The translations under genes and the position numbers were made by a program. The notes below the pieces were generated by a model, which worked only from the letters and a program-made list of their open reading frames with translations, was not told the origin of the DNA and did not search any database. A DNA stretch of 63,837 bases, the filler included, from Reclinomonas americana ATCC 50394 (Eukaryota): NCBI GenBank assembly GCA_048213135.1. It is 8 parts of 2 records of this genome, joined end to end, with 100 filler letters (N's around TTAATTAATTAA, not from the genome) between each part and the next. Parts side by side here need not be neighbours in the genome. Positions count along the whole stretch, not along the records: positions 12,169 to 32,220 come from PS015088.1; 7 more parts are not named here. One strand, 5' to 3'. How positions within the stretch are numbered: the first letter of the stretch is position 1; every line of letters begins with the position of its first letter. Positions 12,169 to 25,811 of this stretch are shown here, in pieces.

Positions 12169-15100
12169 GGACCCGGCTCCGGTTCCAGCTCCTGCGCCGG
12201 TGGTGAAGCCGGCTGCTGCTCCTGCGGCGGCGGCACCAGCGGCTGCGCCGAAGCCGGCTGCGGCGCCTGTCAAACCTCCAGTTCCGCCGCCGCCAGTGAC
12301 CCGAACGCTGTCGCATGTTGCGTGGGAGTGGGTGCAGGAGAGTGTGTGTCGAGTCGGCGAGTTCGTCGCGGGATTAGTGAGAGATGGAGCACTGGCCATG
12401 ATCAGGAATGTGCGAGTGTGCAGGGCAGAGATGAAGTCTTGTTCTGTGTCACAGGTTGACACACAGATGTCAATGAGACACATTCGCACATACGCACGAG
12501 TCAAGCATACTGTGCATGCCAGGGGCACACTTTATATCTGCATAGCACACACACCAGTCAGGCGTACTGTGCGCGACAGAGACAGACGGGGATTGATACT
12601 CCAGTCTTGCAGATAGGGTCACGCTGTACATCGCTTAGTGATGACTTGCACGCACACGAGTCAAGCGTACTTTGCACGACAGAGATCAGACTTGATGTGA
12701 TACTCCAGTCTTCGTCAAGTGTCCTCTTGCAGATAGGATCGCACTGCTTTACGAGGACATGCACATACACGAGTCACACTTCTAATCAGAGATGGATGTC
12801 ATGCTCTCTCTGTTCATCCTTTTCTTCACGTACTACATTTGCTTTAGCGTGGAGTGTCGCTTGTCCTTATCACTCTCTCTCGGTCATGCAGGAGGCACCG
12901 ACTGCTGCGACTGGTGCAGCCTCGTCGCTGGCGGTGGGCGGCATGCGTCCGCGACCTCAGTCGATGGTCATGCATGGCACTGTCAAATTCGGAGACGCAG
13001 CGCCTGGTGTGTGTGTGTTTGTCGGTGGCTGGATTTACATGAGTACTTTGCGGCTTGTGCCTCACTGTCACGTCCTTGCAGCATTCGCAGCGCCTGTCAT
13101 TCCCTCACGGTTTTCACGCACTTCCTCGTTGGAACCGACGCCTGTGCAGAGTACACCAGCGTTTCGTCTCCCGTCTTGTTTGCAGTCTTCTCTGGAGTCT
13201 TCCCTGATGCCCAGCTTGTGCGACACAGATCTGGAAATGGAAATCTGGCCTCGCAACCGAGGTGTGTCTCGTCGCGTGTGATAGGTTGCTCGTTCGTGTG
13301 AATGTGCGATTAATTGCGTTCCGTAGTGACAGCACACCTGCTCTTGTTGTCAGCACCGACTCGGAACCACCGGCTGACTCACCGGTGCGTGTTGATGAGA
13401 AGGTTATTTTTCACCAAAGCTCTCTTGACGTTTGTGCTTTATTTCGGCAGGGGGCCCTCGCCTCACCCACGCTCGTGGTGGAAGAGGTCTGTATTTGTTC
13501 TTTATTGCGGATTGTTGGTCAAGAGTGCTCACTTGGAGGTGACAGGTGCTGGAAAATGTTGTGAGCCACAGCGAAACTGCGCAAGCAGCTGTCGCCGAAG
13601 TACCGGATCCTGTGGAGGTGGCAGAAAAGGAAAAGGCACGCTTGCCCTCTTCTGCGCCTCGTCGCACTCATTTGTTGACACTGACTGCTTTGTTGCCTCC
13701 AGCCGTCTCCCGCACCCACAACCGTCATCACATCACCAACTGAAGCGGTTCGCTCCAGTACCACTCATCCTTCGCTGTATTCACGCGCTTGCGTGTGCTC
13801 ATACATCGCATGACAGGCTCCTGCTCGTGCGCCATCACCACCAAAGGCTGAGCTTGGCTCATCAGCAGCGGCTCCCGCATCCTCGCCAATCAAGCCACCA
13901 CGCTCCGTGTCACCCATCAAGCCGCCCCGCAGCGTAGTTACGTGCTCAGCCTTTCCGCTCTGGCACTCTATTGCGTCAGGGCACTGACACGCCAGTCTGC
14001 CACCAGGCTGCGATGCTCCCGTCGGTCGAATCATTGGAGTCCAAGGACGCGCACACCCCGCCTCCGCCACCGCCGGCTGCTCCTGTATCCATCGTTGTGC
14101 CACCAGTGCAGGCGACGGCAGCTGCCGCACCGAGCGCAGCATCATCACATTCTCGGCCTCCTCCGCCACCGTTGCCACCGTCGCGAGCCAAGAATGTCAA
14201 CTCACCTGTGTCGCCGGCCACTGTTACTGCTGTTGCTGCGGAGCCACCAAAGCCTGTCACCCCACCGGCAGTTGTCACGCAACCGGCGCCTGTTGCCGCT
14301 GCCGCTCCAGCTCCTGTCGCCGCCCCTGCTCCAGCCGCCGCCCCTGCTCCTGTTCCGGTCGCTGCTCCTGCTCCTGTAGCTGCTCTTGCTGCTGCTCCTG
14401 CTCCTGCTGCTGCACCGGCACCGGCTCCTGCTGCCGCTGCTCCTGCTGCCGCTGCTCCTGCTGCCGCTGCTCCTGCTCCTGTTCCGGTCGCTGCTCCTGC
14501 TCCTGTTGCTGCACCGGCACCGGCTCCTGCTGCCGCCGCTCCTGCTCCTGCTGCAGCTGCCGCCGCTCCTGCTCCCGCTGCTGCTGCTCCTGTTCCTGTC
14601 GCCGCTCCTGCCGCCGCTCCGGCTCCTGTCGCCGCTCGTGCCCCTCTGCCAGCCCCACCCGCTGCTGCTCCGGCTGCTGCTGCCGCCCGTGCCCCCCTTC
14701 CCGCCACACCCACTACTCCGGCTGCGACACCTGCCCCTGCTGCGGCGTCACCAACGACCCCGACCACCCCGTCAACCCCGCAGTCGACGCCAGCCGCTGC
14801 ACCTCCGACCGACGACGACGACATTTCACGCCCGCTCACCCTCAAGGAGCGCATGGCACGTCTGAACGCCGCTGGTTTCGGTGCCCCCGCGCCCACGCCG
14901 CCACCACCAAAGGCAGCCGCCGCCGCGCGCCTCACCGTCAATCCACTGGCCAACGCCGGCACACCTCCCACGGCCGCAGTCAAGCCCGAACCGTTCGCGC
15001 CCAACACCGACACTGCAGTGCCGCCACCCGAGGCTACGGTCGCCACTCCCGACGAGGACGAGCCGGCACGACCACTGTCCGTCAAGGAACGCATGGCGCG

Positions 15101-15386
15101 GCTCGGTGCCGTCCCGCTGATGGGCGCCGCCGGTCCTCCACCCGCTCCTGCACGACCACGCCAGCCTCCTCCACCCCCGCCTCCACCACGCCACGCACAT
15201 GCAGCCGATGCCGGCAGCGCTTCCTCACCAGCAGCAGCAGCAGCAGCCTCCGCCGCCGCACCACCACCACCAGAACCTGCCGAGCCAGCCACGCTCGCCC
15301 GTGCACGCCCCGGTGCTCGTCGCCTGCCAGGCAAGAAGCTCGCCGTGGCTCCTCCACCAAGCGGTCTCGATGGAGGCGACTATTGA
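12169..15386 (+). CDS. Pro/Ala-rich disordered protein, 5'-partial and multi-exon; possible actin/capping-protein adaptor
   Basis: Large last exon (~13980-15386) with AP repeats, polyproline, two (L/V)KERMARL motifs and a C-terminal TLARARPGARRLP. Upstream small exons are only loosely defined. Confidence 0.6.
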
Positions 15387-15530
15387 TGCGATCTCCTCCC
15401 ATCATGCCTCCGTGTTCGAGGAGCGAGAAAAGAGCGGAGAAGAGAGACTGCACGTAACGTAACGAGTGAAATCGCGTTCGTTGATCCGCGCTCTTTGTTA
15501 TTCCGGCACACGCGTGCGCGTGAGACGAAG

Positions 15531-15902
15531 ATGTTGTGGCTGAAGCTGCTTGTGCCACTCACTGCATTGCGTGCAGTCGCCTCCACCGCAGTCGGTGCCG
15601 GGCTTCTCACAGGAGGTTTGAGAGAGAGGCCCAACTCACACTGTCTCTCTCACTCTCTCACACTCTCACGCACACACACACGCTCAGTGACCACTGGTGT
15701 GTACCTGGAGCAGCAGTTCCACCTGCCTCCCATCCCGCGGATTGGAGGAGGTGGCGGAGAGGGCAGTGGAGGAGGAGGAGGAGGAGGTGGATCGCATTAT
15801 CATTATCAGTCAGGGCAGCAACCTCTGACTGCGCCTCCGCCTGAGCTTGTTTTGCGGCCGCCGGGTGCACCTGCGGAGGAGTCGTCTGCGCAGAGGAGGT
15901 GA
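15531..15902 (+). CDS. STMP1-like short transmembrane (mitochondrial) protein; exons 15531-15615 and 15688-15902
   Basis: Spliced GAGLLTGVTTGVYLEQQFHLPPI resembles the STMP1 motif G-x3-G-x-Y-L-x-Q-x-Y/F-x-x-P. The intron is a 72-nt GT-AG intron. Confidence 0.55.
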   Translation: MLWLKLLVPLTALRAVASTAVGAGLLTGGLRERPNSHCLSHSLTLSRTHTRSVTTGVYLEQQFHLPPIPRIGGGGGEGSGGGGGGGGSHYHYQSGQQPLTAPPPELVLRPPGAPAEESSAQRR

Positions 15903-16134
15903 AGGAGTGTGAAGGAGGAAGAGAAAGCAGAGATTCGTGCAGTATACGATGAGATGCAGTTGGACCTGTGTGCAGCTGGCCTTCTCCTTGTGGAGCTGAC
16001 GAACTCCAGCGCTGACAGAGTAGGAAGAGGAACAGCTGCTCCTCTTGTGCACCTATCCTATCTGCAAAAAGCGTGATCCGTCCAAGTGATATGGCTCTTC
16101 TTCATCCCTTCCGTGCGTCATTAATTACCATCTC

Positions 16135-17513
16135 TCATCTCTGCTGCGATGCTCGTCTCGATTGCGTCGGCACTGCTGGTCTCTTGCGCGTTGGTGAGCT
16201 CAGCCGCGCCATCAGCTTCCGATGTCCTTGCGTGCTGCTGCTGTTCCTCCTCCTTTGCTGCTCATCGTCGTCGTCGTCGTTCTCTTCTGCCTCCTCCACT
16301 TGCCTTCCTTTTCCGCCTCTCTGCTCGCCGCCGCCTTCGTCATCGTCATCGTCGTAGACATCCACAGCTGAGCCGAAACGCGCCTGATCCTGCTCGTCGC
16401 GAACCACCGCCAGCACCCCGTGCAAGTGCGTCACCGTGTTCTGCAGCTGCTGAATCATCTCGGCGTCGGCCAGCCGCGCCGCACTGAGCGTCTTGCAGTC
16501 GTTCTGCAGCATGGCCACCGTCGAGTGCACTGCCCCAGCACACATAGTCATGAGCCTCTCTCTGTGGCGTTCTCGGCTGTCGACGCAACATTCCAAGATC
16601 CGCGACTGCGCCTCGGCCATCTCCTCCTGCAACGCCCTCCGCTCGCTCTCCGCCGTCTCACACATACTGCGCAGTGTGGCCGACAAGCGCCGCTCATCAT
16701 CAACCTCGGTCTTGAGCAGCAACAGCGCCGCCTCATTGGTCGGCGTCAGCGGCTCATCGCCGACCAAATACCGCAAATCGTCGCGCACTCTCCTCGCCGA
16801 CTCGAGCCGGTGCGACAGCCGCAGCTCACAGTATATCGCACGCGTCTCACTATACACGCTGAAAGAGTCAACAAGCAGACCATTTGACAGCAGCAGGCAA
16901 TCAAGCCACGAAACGCCAGCTCATTGACCACTGTCGCGTACTCCTCGCGAGTCTCGGTGACTCGCGCCATGGCGGCCTCCAGCTGCTGACTCAGTCGATG
17001 CGCACGCGAGGCCTCCTCTGCGCGCCCTCGCAGCGCGTCTTCTGCTCGTCGCGCGTGTGCAGTGGCCTCGCGTTGCCAGTACGCCACCTCCTCCTGCGAT
17101 CGCTCAGACCAATCAGATTGGAGAGACACAGAGGAGAGTGTGAGTGAGTGAGTCACAGACTGCGTTGGCTTGTCGTCGCTCGACGCGTCGATGGCGTTTG
17201 AGTTGTCTCTGTTGCGCGCGAACAGTCCGCTCAGCGCTCTCTGCATGTTCGCGCCACTGTCGCACCTCATCGCGAAGTCGCTCGTGCAGATCGCGTTGTC
17301 GCAGATCGCGATCACGCCACTCGCGAACCTGTGCTTGTGTCGAGTGTGAGTCAGAGCAGAGAGCGGGGGCGAGTGAGTGAAAGGCCAGGTAACTTCGACA
17401 TCGGCGGATTGGCTTGCATTGCGCAGGCTTTCGACGACACGTCCGAGTGCGGCGTTTTCGCGACTGAGTGCGTCGACTTGCCGCTCCAGAAACGCAGTGC
17501 GCGCTGCGTCCAT
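16135..17513 (-). CDS. Hypothetical coiled-coil protein (multi-exon)
   Basis: Heptad-rich segments MDAARTAFLERQVDALSREN..., WQREATAHARRAE... and a long exon 16857-16135. Confidence 0.6.
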
Positions 17514-17750
17514 GTGGATTTAATTTTTAATAAAATGCACAGGACATTGACAGGACGGTGGCGTTGCGAGTGATAGGCACCGTGTTGAGCAGCGGTTTGC
17601 AGCAATGTGTGCACAGTAGCCGCGCGGTGCTGTTGCCACGAACAGCGACGGCACACAACGCTTGTGACGTCTGGCAAACGCAACGGGACACGGGACGGCA
17701 GTTTTTATTTTCGGCACACACACTCTCGCGCACAGACAACAGACAACGGC

Positions 17751-19338
17751 ATGTCGAGTGACGAAGCGACACCCGCATCTGCAGCAGCAGCAGCAGCAGG
17801 ACCGTCATCAGGCGGCGTCCCAAGCATTAGCAGCACATCTGAATGTTACGTCGACACACAAACTCATTCCTCACACACTCACACAACCACTCACACTCGT
17901 CGACGCAACACAGGGAACAAGTCAGGCTGGCACTGGTACGCGCTCTCTCACTCCTCACACACACACGCCATGTCCAATCGATGACGTTTCACACATTCAC
18001 TCTCAGGGAGGAGAAGCCGGTGACTCAATGGGCACACGATCGACTGCGTGAAGTCGTCAAGGACTTCCAATTCCCCAATGTCAATGCGCGAGTGACAGCT
18101 GTCGATAAGATCGACGGGCATGCGGCAATCAACATCAGAAAGGTCTGTCTGTGAGTGTCGATGACGTGTCACTGTGCGCTCTTGTCGCTCATGCACAGTG
18201 CACACAGGGAAAGAAGCTGCATGGGTATGAGGTCAGCTTGCGCCCAAGAGAGAGGAGAGAGAGAGAAAGAGAGACAAGTGTGTGTGTATGTANNNNNNNN
18301 NNNNNNNNNNNNNNNNNNNNNNNNNNNNNNNNNNNNNNNNNNNNNNNNNNNNNNNNNNNNNNNNNNNNNNNNNNNNNNNNNNNNNNNNNNNNNNNNNNNN
18401 NNNNNNNNNNNNNNNNNNNNNNNNNNNNNNNNNNNNNNNNNNNNNNNNNNNNNNNNNNNNNNNNNNNNNNNNNNNNNNNNNNNNNNNNNNNNNNNNNNNN
18501 NNNNNNNNNNNNNNNNNNNNNNNNNNNNNNNNNNNNNNNNNNNNNNNNNNNNNNNNNNNNNNNNNNNNNNNNNNNNNNNNNNNNNNNNNNNNNNNNNNNN
18601 NNNNNNNNNNNNNNNNNNNNNNNNNNNNNNNNNNNNNNNNNNNNNNNNNNNNNNNNNNNNNNNNNNNNNNNNNNNNNNNNNNNNNNNNNNNNNNNNNNNN
18701 NNNNNNNNNNNNNNNNNNNNNNNNNNNNNNNNNNNNNNNNNNNNNNNNNNNNNNNNNNNNNNNNNNNNNNNNNNNNNNNNNNNNNNNNNNNNNNNNNNNN
18801 NNNNNNNNNNNNNNNNNNNNNNNNNNNNNNNNNNNNNNNNNNNNNNNNNNNNNNNNNNNNNNNNNNNNNNNNNNNNNNNNNNNNNNNNNNNNNNNNNNNN
18901 NNNNNNNNNNNNNNNNNNNNNNNNNNNNNNNNNNNNNNNNNNNNNNNNNNNNNNNNNNNNNNNTGTGTGTGTGTGTGTGCGCGCAAGTGTGTGCGACTCA
19001 CTCACTCACTTGTCTTGTAGTTGGAGATGACGCTTTCTTGGGAGGGCTCTCTGACCGATGGCGATGGCACTGCGTTGGTGAATGGCAAGGGCACGATTCG
19101 CTGGCCGTGCATTGCCGAGGATGTGGACGATGAAGAATACGAGGTCTGCATGTCCGTCGCGCCTGGGTTTGAGATGATGGTCGCTGACACGCACGCACGC
19201 ACGCAACTGCAGTTCCAGGTGACGATTGATGAACACACGCCTGGGCATCGGCGGCTGAAGAAGCTGGTGGAGGAGGGGTGTGCGGAGGCGTTGCGGGATC
19301 GGATCAAGCTGATGACATCGGAGTTCCGGCAGCTGTGA
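17751..19338 (+). CDS. Activator of Hsp90 ATPase N-domain protein (Aha1-N/Hch1-like); exons 17751-17844, 17914-17935, 18007-18142, 18208-18231, 19021-19143, 19213-19338
   Basis: Spliced WNKSGWHWEEKPVTQWA, IDGHAAINIRKGKKLHGYELEMTLSWEG and GTIRWP match Aha1_N hallmarks. Intron phases are consistent. Confidence 0.88.
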
Positions 19339-19420
19339 GGACTATGGGAAGTGGCGACGTGTGATAGACAGAAAATGACGTATGCATGGCGGAGGAGAGG
19401 CAAGTAAACCAGGCAAGAAT

Positions 19421-22334
19421 TTATGTAAGTGGCTTCCACCACAGCGCTCTATTCAGCAAGTCGATCTTTCGCCCGACTCCGCATCCGTGCACCTACACAT
19501 GCACACGGTCGCGCATGAGAAAGAGAAGAAGCTACGAGCACCCCTCACGTCCCACACCGCGCACTCACCACTATCAAGTCAGTCTCCTCCGGTATGTCGC
19601 TCATCTGCTTCCGCGCGACCAGCAACTCAATGCCACTCACGGTGTTGACCTGCTGCAGATTGAACCAGTCGATGCGTAACCGGCCGAGGCGCACATGCAC
19701 GTCCACCAGCGCATTCATGAACTGCTGATCGTGGTCGTCGAGATGTGGCCAGTGCTTGTTCAATTGCCCGACGGCAGCCGCAAACAGTCGCAGAGAGTAC
19801 ACGGTTGGGCGTGCTGTCCACACACCCGCGCCGATGCTCAGCGCACGCTGGTGAGCGGCGCACACGTGGGCCGGTGTATCCGTCTGCAATCATGTGAGCA
19901 ATGAATGAGAAGTGCAATGCGGTCTCAAATCTCACCGGTCCAAAGTCCGACATGCTGTTGGCGATCGCGTACGACCAAGGATTGCGTGTACGCTCTCTCG
20001 GTGTTGCTTCCAGCATCAGTGTCGCGTCATGATTGGCGAAACCAAAAAGGTCGCCCTGGAAGATGATGTCGGGTTGGATATCGTACAGCTCCGATGCGGA
20101 CGACACTTGTGGCAGATCCCACACGGGTCGCACAAACACGGCATCCACGTCCGTGTGGAACGGTTGCACGCCACATCGCAGCAGCAAGTAGCCGTACTTG
20201 TACCGTGCATTGACAAGAGGTGGGTAATTGGGGTCGTCGGGCTGCCGGCCCACCATCCTGCCCAATAGCAAATACGCATGTCAGACAACTCCTCCTCTCA
20301 GTTCTCTCTCGCCCTCCCTCCCTCCTCACCAATGCTCATCGTCCAGCACCACTCCAACATCGCGGTCTGGTCCCAACATTGCCTTCACGGCCGTCGCAGT
20401 CGTCTCATCGCCGCACACAATCAGCGGAAGCAGACGGTCGCCATGGGCAGCAAAGAAGCGAGACAACCACATCTGGATCAGCTCCAGGTACCGTCCGGGA
20501 TTCCTCGATGCCAGCTGCACCACCGTGAACACCACCAACCGGTGCGGTGATTTGGCGTTCGGCTGCACCGTCATCCGTGGATGCGCCAACACAGCCGCCA
20601 CCTTGTCCAACATGGATCGACTCTCGTGCACCTCCGTTGGGTCCAGAAACAAAGACAGCGGGGCCGGGGCATGGTGGTCTCCACTGACTGCCGCCGCCGC
20701 CTCGGCGAGTGCCGTCTTGTCTGTGAGCACACGCCACATCTCCGTCTCCATGTCGTGACAGAGGTCGGCCGGAAAGAATTCGATGCGCGGATACACTGCC
20801 GTACGCTTGTGTGCGCGCAGCGCAGCCGACAAGGTGTGCACCGGGGGTTCGGAGCGATCCGGCAGCGGCGGTGGCACCATGGTGAGGCTCCGCTGGGCGA
20901 ACTGCGGTCCGAGATGCTGACATTCTCGCGATCGCTCCTCCACTGTAAGATCGGCACCTCCTGTGTCGCGATCGCCCCAGAGACAGTGAGTTTTGGGTGA
21001 CATGGAAGGGTGAAAGGATCCTTGTTGTCTTGTCTCACAAACCGTACAAGGAGAGGCAGAGGAGGTCAGCACGCGTCAGCCGCGGTGCAGAAGAAGTCGA
21101 CAGCATCAGCAGCAGCTGCGTGGCGTATCTCCACTCGGCAAGGAACGGTCGACGCCGAGCAGCGGCGAGTTGGACCGCGGCAGGGGCCACAGTAAGCGGC
21201 TTTCGCCGCTGCACATTGCACGAATGAAAACAAGGAGAGGGATTCTCGTTGATGTATGCAAATGTTCGCCACGCAACAGCCCAGTCGACCACAAACTCGC
21301 AAAACAACTTGCGCCGATCAGAGATCCTTCTGTCGTTCTGTTTGCAACATGCACGGAGTTCAGCTCACGACAGGTGGAAAGGATAAAGGGCCACTCCGTC
21401 CTCGAATCTACCAAACATGCTACAGAGCGAGAGAGAAATCGATATCGACAATGGTAAAACAGCGCTGCATTCTCCTTCTTACCTCCACAAGCGTGTCCCA
21501 ACTACGCTGCAGTACTTTGTACGCCAGATCATTGTCCTCGCCAACCGCCACCAAGACTACGAAAGCGCGAGAGTGTGTCAGCTGTGGATGATATCGATTT
21601 GACTCGCTCGTTGTCAGCTTTCAAAGAAAAAAAGTCGACACTCACCTGCGCCCCACAACGTGGGCGCCGAGTAGGCGTCCACGTGGACTACATCCCTCCG
21701 CGACACGTAATCCAAAGTCACAGTCAACATTCGCGAAGGGTACATGACAAATCGCGGCAAGTCCATCCTGCAGATGCGACGGGCTCTTTCGTCATCACCT
21801 GTCAGTGTGAGAGCGCAGCATCCGACACGCTTGAGATGCATGGTCTGAAGGGGCGCAGAGTGCGCGGTAAGAGCGCGCGCAGAGTGGAGAGAGAACGGCA
21901 AACAAGCGCATGTGTACACCTGCAATTCAGAGAACACTCTGTTTGCGACTCGTTCGACATGGTCTTCGGCCAGCGTTGTTGCCCGAGGGAGAGCATCACT
22001 TGCCAAGACTCTACGCACTGTGCTCGAGGTGATCAACATAACAGCATCAGCCAACTACACTGCGCACTGATATCTTCACTCACTCACCAGCGTCGCCAAT
22101 GGTGTCGTGCTCGTGACTGACAGTCACCACCACTTCCCCGCCAGTGTCAAGTGGCACAGCCACATGTTGTGCAGGCAGCGCAGGGTCCAACACACGCCGA
22201 GGACTTGCCAGCCTCACATCGTCTCCCGCTTGTTTACCGCGACACACAACGAGGGCAGAGAGCAAGACGAGGAGAAGGAGTGGAGAGAGCACGCGCGAAA
22301 GGGCACACAGTGGCGGTGGCGCGCGCTGCCGCAT
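19421..22334 (-). CDS. Secreted/Golgi nucleotide-diphospho-sugar transferase (GT77-like), tandem copy 1, intact, ~10 exons
   Basis: Hydrophobic signal peptide (LLLLVLLSALVVCRG), LLRCGVQPFHTDVDAVF (DxD at 20143-20151), IGAGVW, DQQFMN and terminal VHGC...K...LWW, which are motifs of the Nucleotid_trans family. The hand-spliced frame is open. Confidence 0.75.
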
Positions 22335-22512
22335 TGCAGCGGAGTTGTAACGGGCTCGACGGATTTGGCAAATTTAAATCGAAACTGGCGGGCGAATAAT
22401 GAACAATTGCTGCGTGCAGGTGGGTTGTACGGCGGCGGGTACGATATATATGGTGCGCGGAAAGCGTGCAGCAGGAGGAGCAATTGCGACTTACACCTTC
22501 ACTGATAACAGA

Positions 22513-23422
22513 TCATGACGGAAGTAGCTTCCACCACAACGCTCTATTCAACAAGTCGACCTTGTTCCCGACACCACCGCAATGTACCTGCACATGCACA
22601 CGGTCGCGTGTGTGAAAGAGAAGAAGCTACGAGCAACCCTCACGTCCCACACCGCGCACTCACCACTATCAAGTCTGTCTCTTCCGGTATGTCACTAATT
22701 TGCTTCCGCGCGACCAGCAACTCAATGCCACTCACGGTGTTGACCTGCTGCAGATTGAACCAGTCGATGCGCAGCCGGCCGAGGCGCACATGCACGTCCA
22801 CCAGTGCATTCATGAACTGCTGGTCGTGGTCGTCGAGATGTGGCCAGTGCTTGTGCAATTGCCCCATGGCAGCCGCAAATATTTAAACAGTCGCAGAGAG
22901 TACACGGTTGGGCGTGCTGTCCACACACCCGCGTTGATACTCAGCGCACGCTGGTGAGAGGCGCACACGTGGGCCGGTGTACCCGTCTGCAATCATACAG
23001 TATGAGCAATGAACGAGAAGTGCAATGCCGTCTCAAATCTCACCGGGCCAAAGTCCGACAGGCTGTTGGAGATAACATACGACCAAGGATCGCGGGTTCG
23101 CTCTGTCGGTGTCGCCTCCAGCATCAACGTTGCGTCCTGCTCGGAAATACCAACGAGGTCGCCCTGGAAGATGATGTCGGGTGGAATATCGTACAGCTCC
23201 GATGCGGACGACACTTGTGGCAGATCCCACACTGGTCGCACAAACACGGCATCCACGTCCGTGTGGAACGGTTGCACGCCGCATCGCAGCAGCAGGTAGC
23301 CGTACTTGTACCGTGCATTGACAAGAGGTGGGTAATTGTTGGGGTCGTCGGGTTGCCGGCCCACCATCCTGCCCAAAAGCAAACATGACTGTCAGACAAC
23401 TCGCCTTCTCAGTCGGCAGTGT

Positions 23423-23462
<40 letters not shown>

Positions 23463-25262
23463 GCTTGTGTCACTCCCTTCGCTCCTCACCAATGCTCATC
23501 GTCCAGCACCACTCCGGCGTCGCGGTCCGGCCCCAACATTGCCTTGACGGCCGTCGCCGTCGTCTCATCGCCGCACACAATCAGCGGAAGCAGACGGTCG
23601 CCGTGGGCAGCAAAGAAACGAGATAACCACATCCGGAGGAGCGCCAAGTACTGCTCGGTATTCTTCGATGCCAGCTGCACCACCGTGAACACCACCAGCC
23701 GATAGGGCGAGTTGGCACTCGGCTGCACCGTCATCCGTGGATGCGCCAACACCGCCGCCACCTTGTCCAACATGGATCGACTCTCGTGCACCTCCGTTGG
23801 ATCTAGAAACAAAGACAGCGGGGCCGGGGCATGGTGGTCTCCACTGACTGCCGCCGCCGCCTCGGCGAGTGCCGTCTGGTCTGTGAGCACACGCCACATC
23901 TCCGTCTCCATGTCGCGACAGAGGTCGGCCGGAAAGAACTCGACGCGCGGATACACTGCCGTCCGCTTGTGGGCACGCAGCGTAGCCGACAAGGTGTGCA
24001 CCGGGGGTTCGGAGCGATCCGGCAGTGGCGGTGGCACCATGGTGAGGCTGCGCTGAGCAAACTGCGGTCCGAGATGCTCGCATTCTCGCGATCGCTCCTG
24101 CACTGTAACATCGGCACCTCCTGTGTCGCCCCAAGATAGTGAGTTTTGGGGGGGCATGCAAGGGTAAAAGGATCCTTGTTGTCTTGTCTCACAAACCGTA
24201 CAAGGAGAGGCAGAAATGATTATCACGCATCAACTGCGATGGTGACGACGACAAGGGCAGCAAATCAATTGCAAGAAGCGGTGTGGCGTATCTCCATTCG
24301 GCGAGGAACGATCGATATCGAGCAGCGGCGAGCTTGTCCGCGACAGGAGGCAGGATTAGCGGTTTTTGCAACTGCAAGAAACTGCACCAGTGAGAACCAG
24401 TTGAGCTGTGTTGGGTGACATACAGGTATCGTCACGCAACTGTCCAGTCGCCCGCAAGCTCACAAAACCATTTGCGCCGGCTCGAGATCATCTCGTCGTT
24501 CTATCAGCAACACGCACGTGCACGGAGTTCAGTTCGCGATGGTGACGGTGAGACAGACGGAAAGCATGTGATTGTGAGGCACGGGGGCCACCAGTTGTTC
24601 AATGAAGCACGCAAACACAGAGGAGAAAGGCAGTGTTGTAGCTTGCTGCATTCTTCTTACCTCCACAAACGCATTCCAGCTGTGCCGCAGCACCTCGTAC
24701 GCCAGATCATTGTCCTCACCGACCGCCGCCAAGACTGCGAGAGCGTGAGAGTGTGTCGGCATGATCTGATTTCCTCACCAAACACCACTTGCGCACCTGC
24801 GCCCCACAATGTTGGCGCCGAGTACGTGTCCACATTCACTGGTACAGCATGTGGCGCGTCCTCGAACTTCGCAGACACCGTCCACTTTCGAGACGGGTAC
24901 ATGACAAAGCGTGGCAAGTCCATCTTGCAGATGCGACTGGCTCTTTCATCGTCACCGCTCATCGGTGTGAGGGCGCAGCATCCGAGGCGCCTGAGATGCA
25001 TCGCCTGGAGGAGTGCAGCACACGCAAGGAAAAGCAGATATGATGCAGCGAAGAATATATAACTGGAAAGAGAGAAAAAGTACAAACCTGGAGTACAGAG
25101 AGTACACTTGTGGTGACTCGATCGACAAGTTCCTCTTCAGTACATGTTATCGGGGAAGAGAGTGCATGCTTTGCCAAGGCCTCCCGCACTGTGCACGGGG
25201 TCGGCACACAGCAACAATACAGTAGGGCAGAAACTGTATGCCAAGTGCAGTGACCCTGTGCA

Positions 25263-25299
<37 letters not shown>

Positions 25300-25619
25300 T
25301 GCATTCACTCACTCACCCCTCACACTCGCTCACACTCACTCACTCTCACTACTCTCTCACTCACTCACTCACCAGCGTCGCCAATCGTGTCATGCTCGTG
25401 AGTGACAGTCACCACCACTTCCCCACCAGTGTCAAGTGGCAGAACCACGTGCTGCGCGGACAGCGCCGAGTCCACCACACGTCGAGGACTTGCCAGCCGC
25501 AAGTCGTCTCCCGCTGGTTCACCGCGACACGCAACGAAGGCAGAGAGAAGGGCAAGGAGAAGGAGTGGAGAGAGCACGCGCGAAAGGGCACACAGTGGCG
25601 GTGGCGCGCGCTGCCGCAT
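22513..25619 (-). pseudogene. GT77-like tandem copy 2, frameshifted by an 8-nt insertion at 22877-22887
   Basis: Same exon structure as copy 1. GCCGCAAA-TATTTAAA-CAGTCG replaces GCCGCAAACAGTCG seen in copies 1, 3 and 4. The frame shifts before the DQQFMN motif and stops at 22810. Confidence 0.7.
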
Positions 25620-25811
25620 CGCAGCGGAGTTGCAACGGGCTTCAGGTCTGAATCTGAAAACTGGACGCTGCGGCGAATTATGAACACCACAGCAATCGTG
25701 CAAGCAGCTGGCAGGCGGTTGTGTACGGCGAGTGATATATCTGGTGCGCGGAAAGCGTCCACAGCAGGAGGAGCAACTGCGTCATGCCAACTTCACTACG
25801 TTAACAAATGA

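Noticed and set aside
13976-15334. 452-aa Gly/Ala-rich ORF on the minus strand
   Set aside because: Antisense shadow of the Pro/Ala-rich + strand exon.
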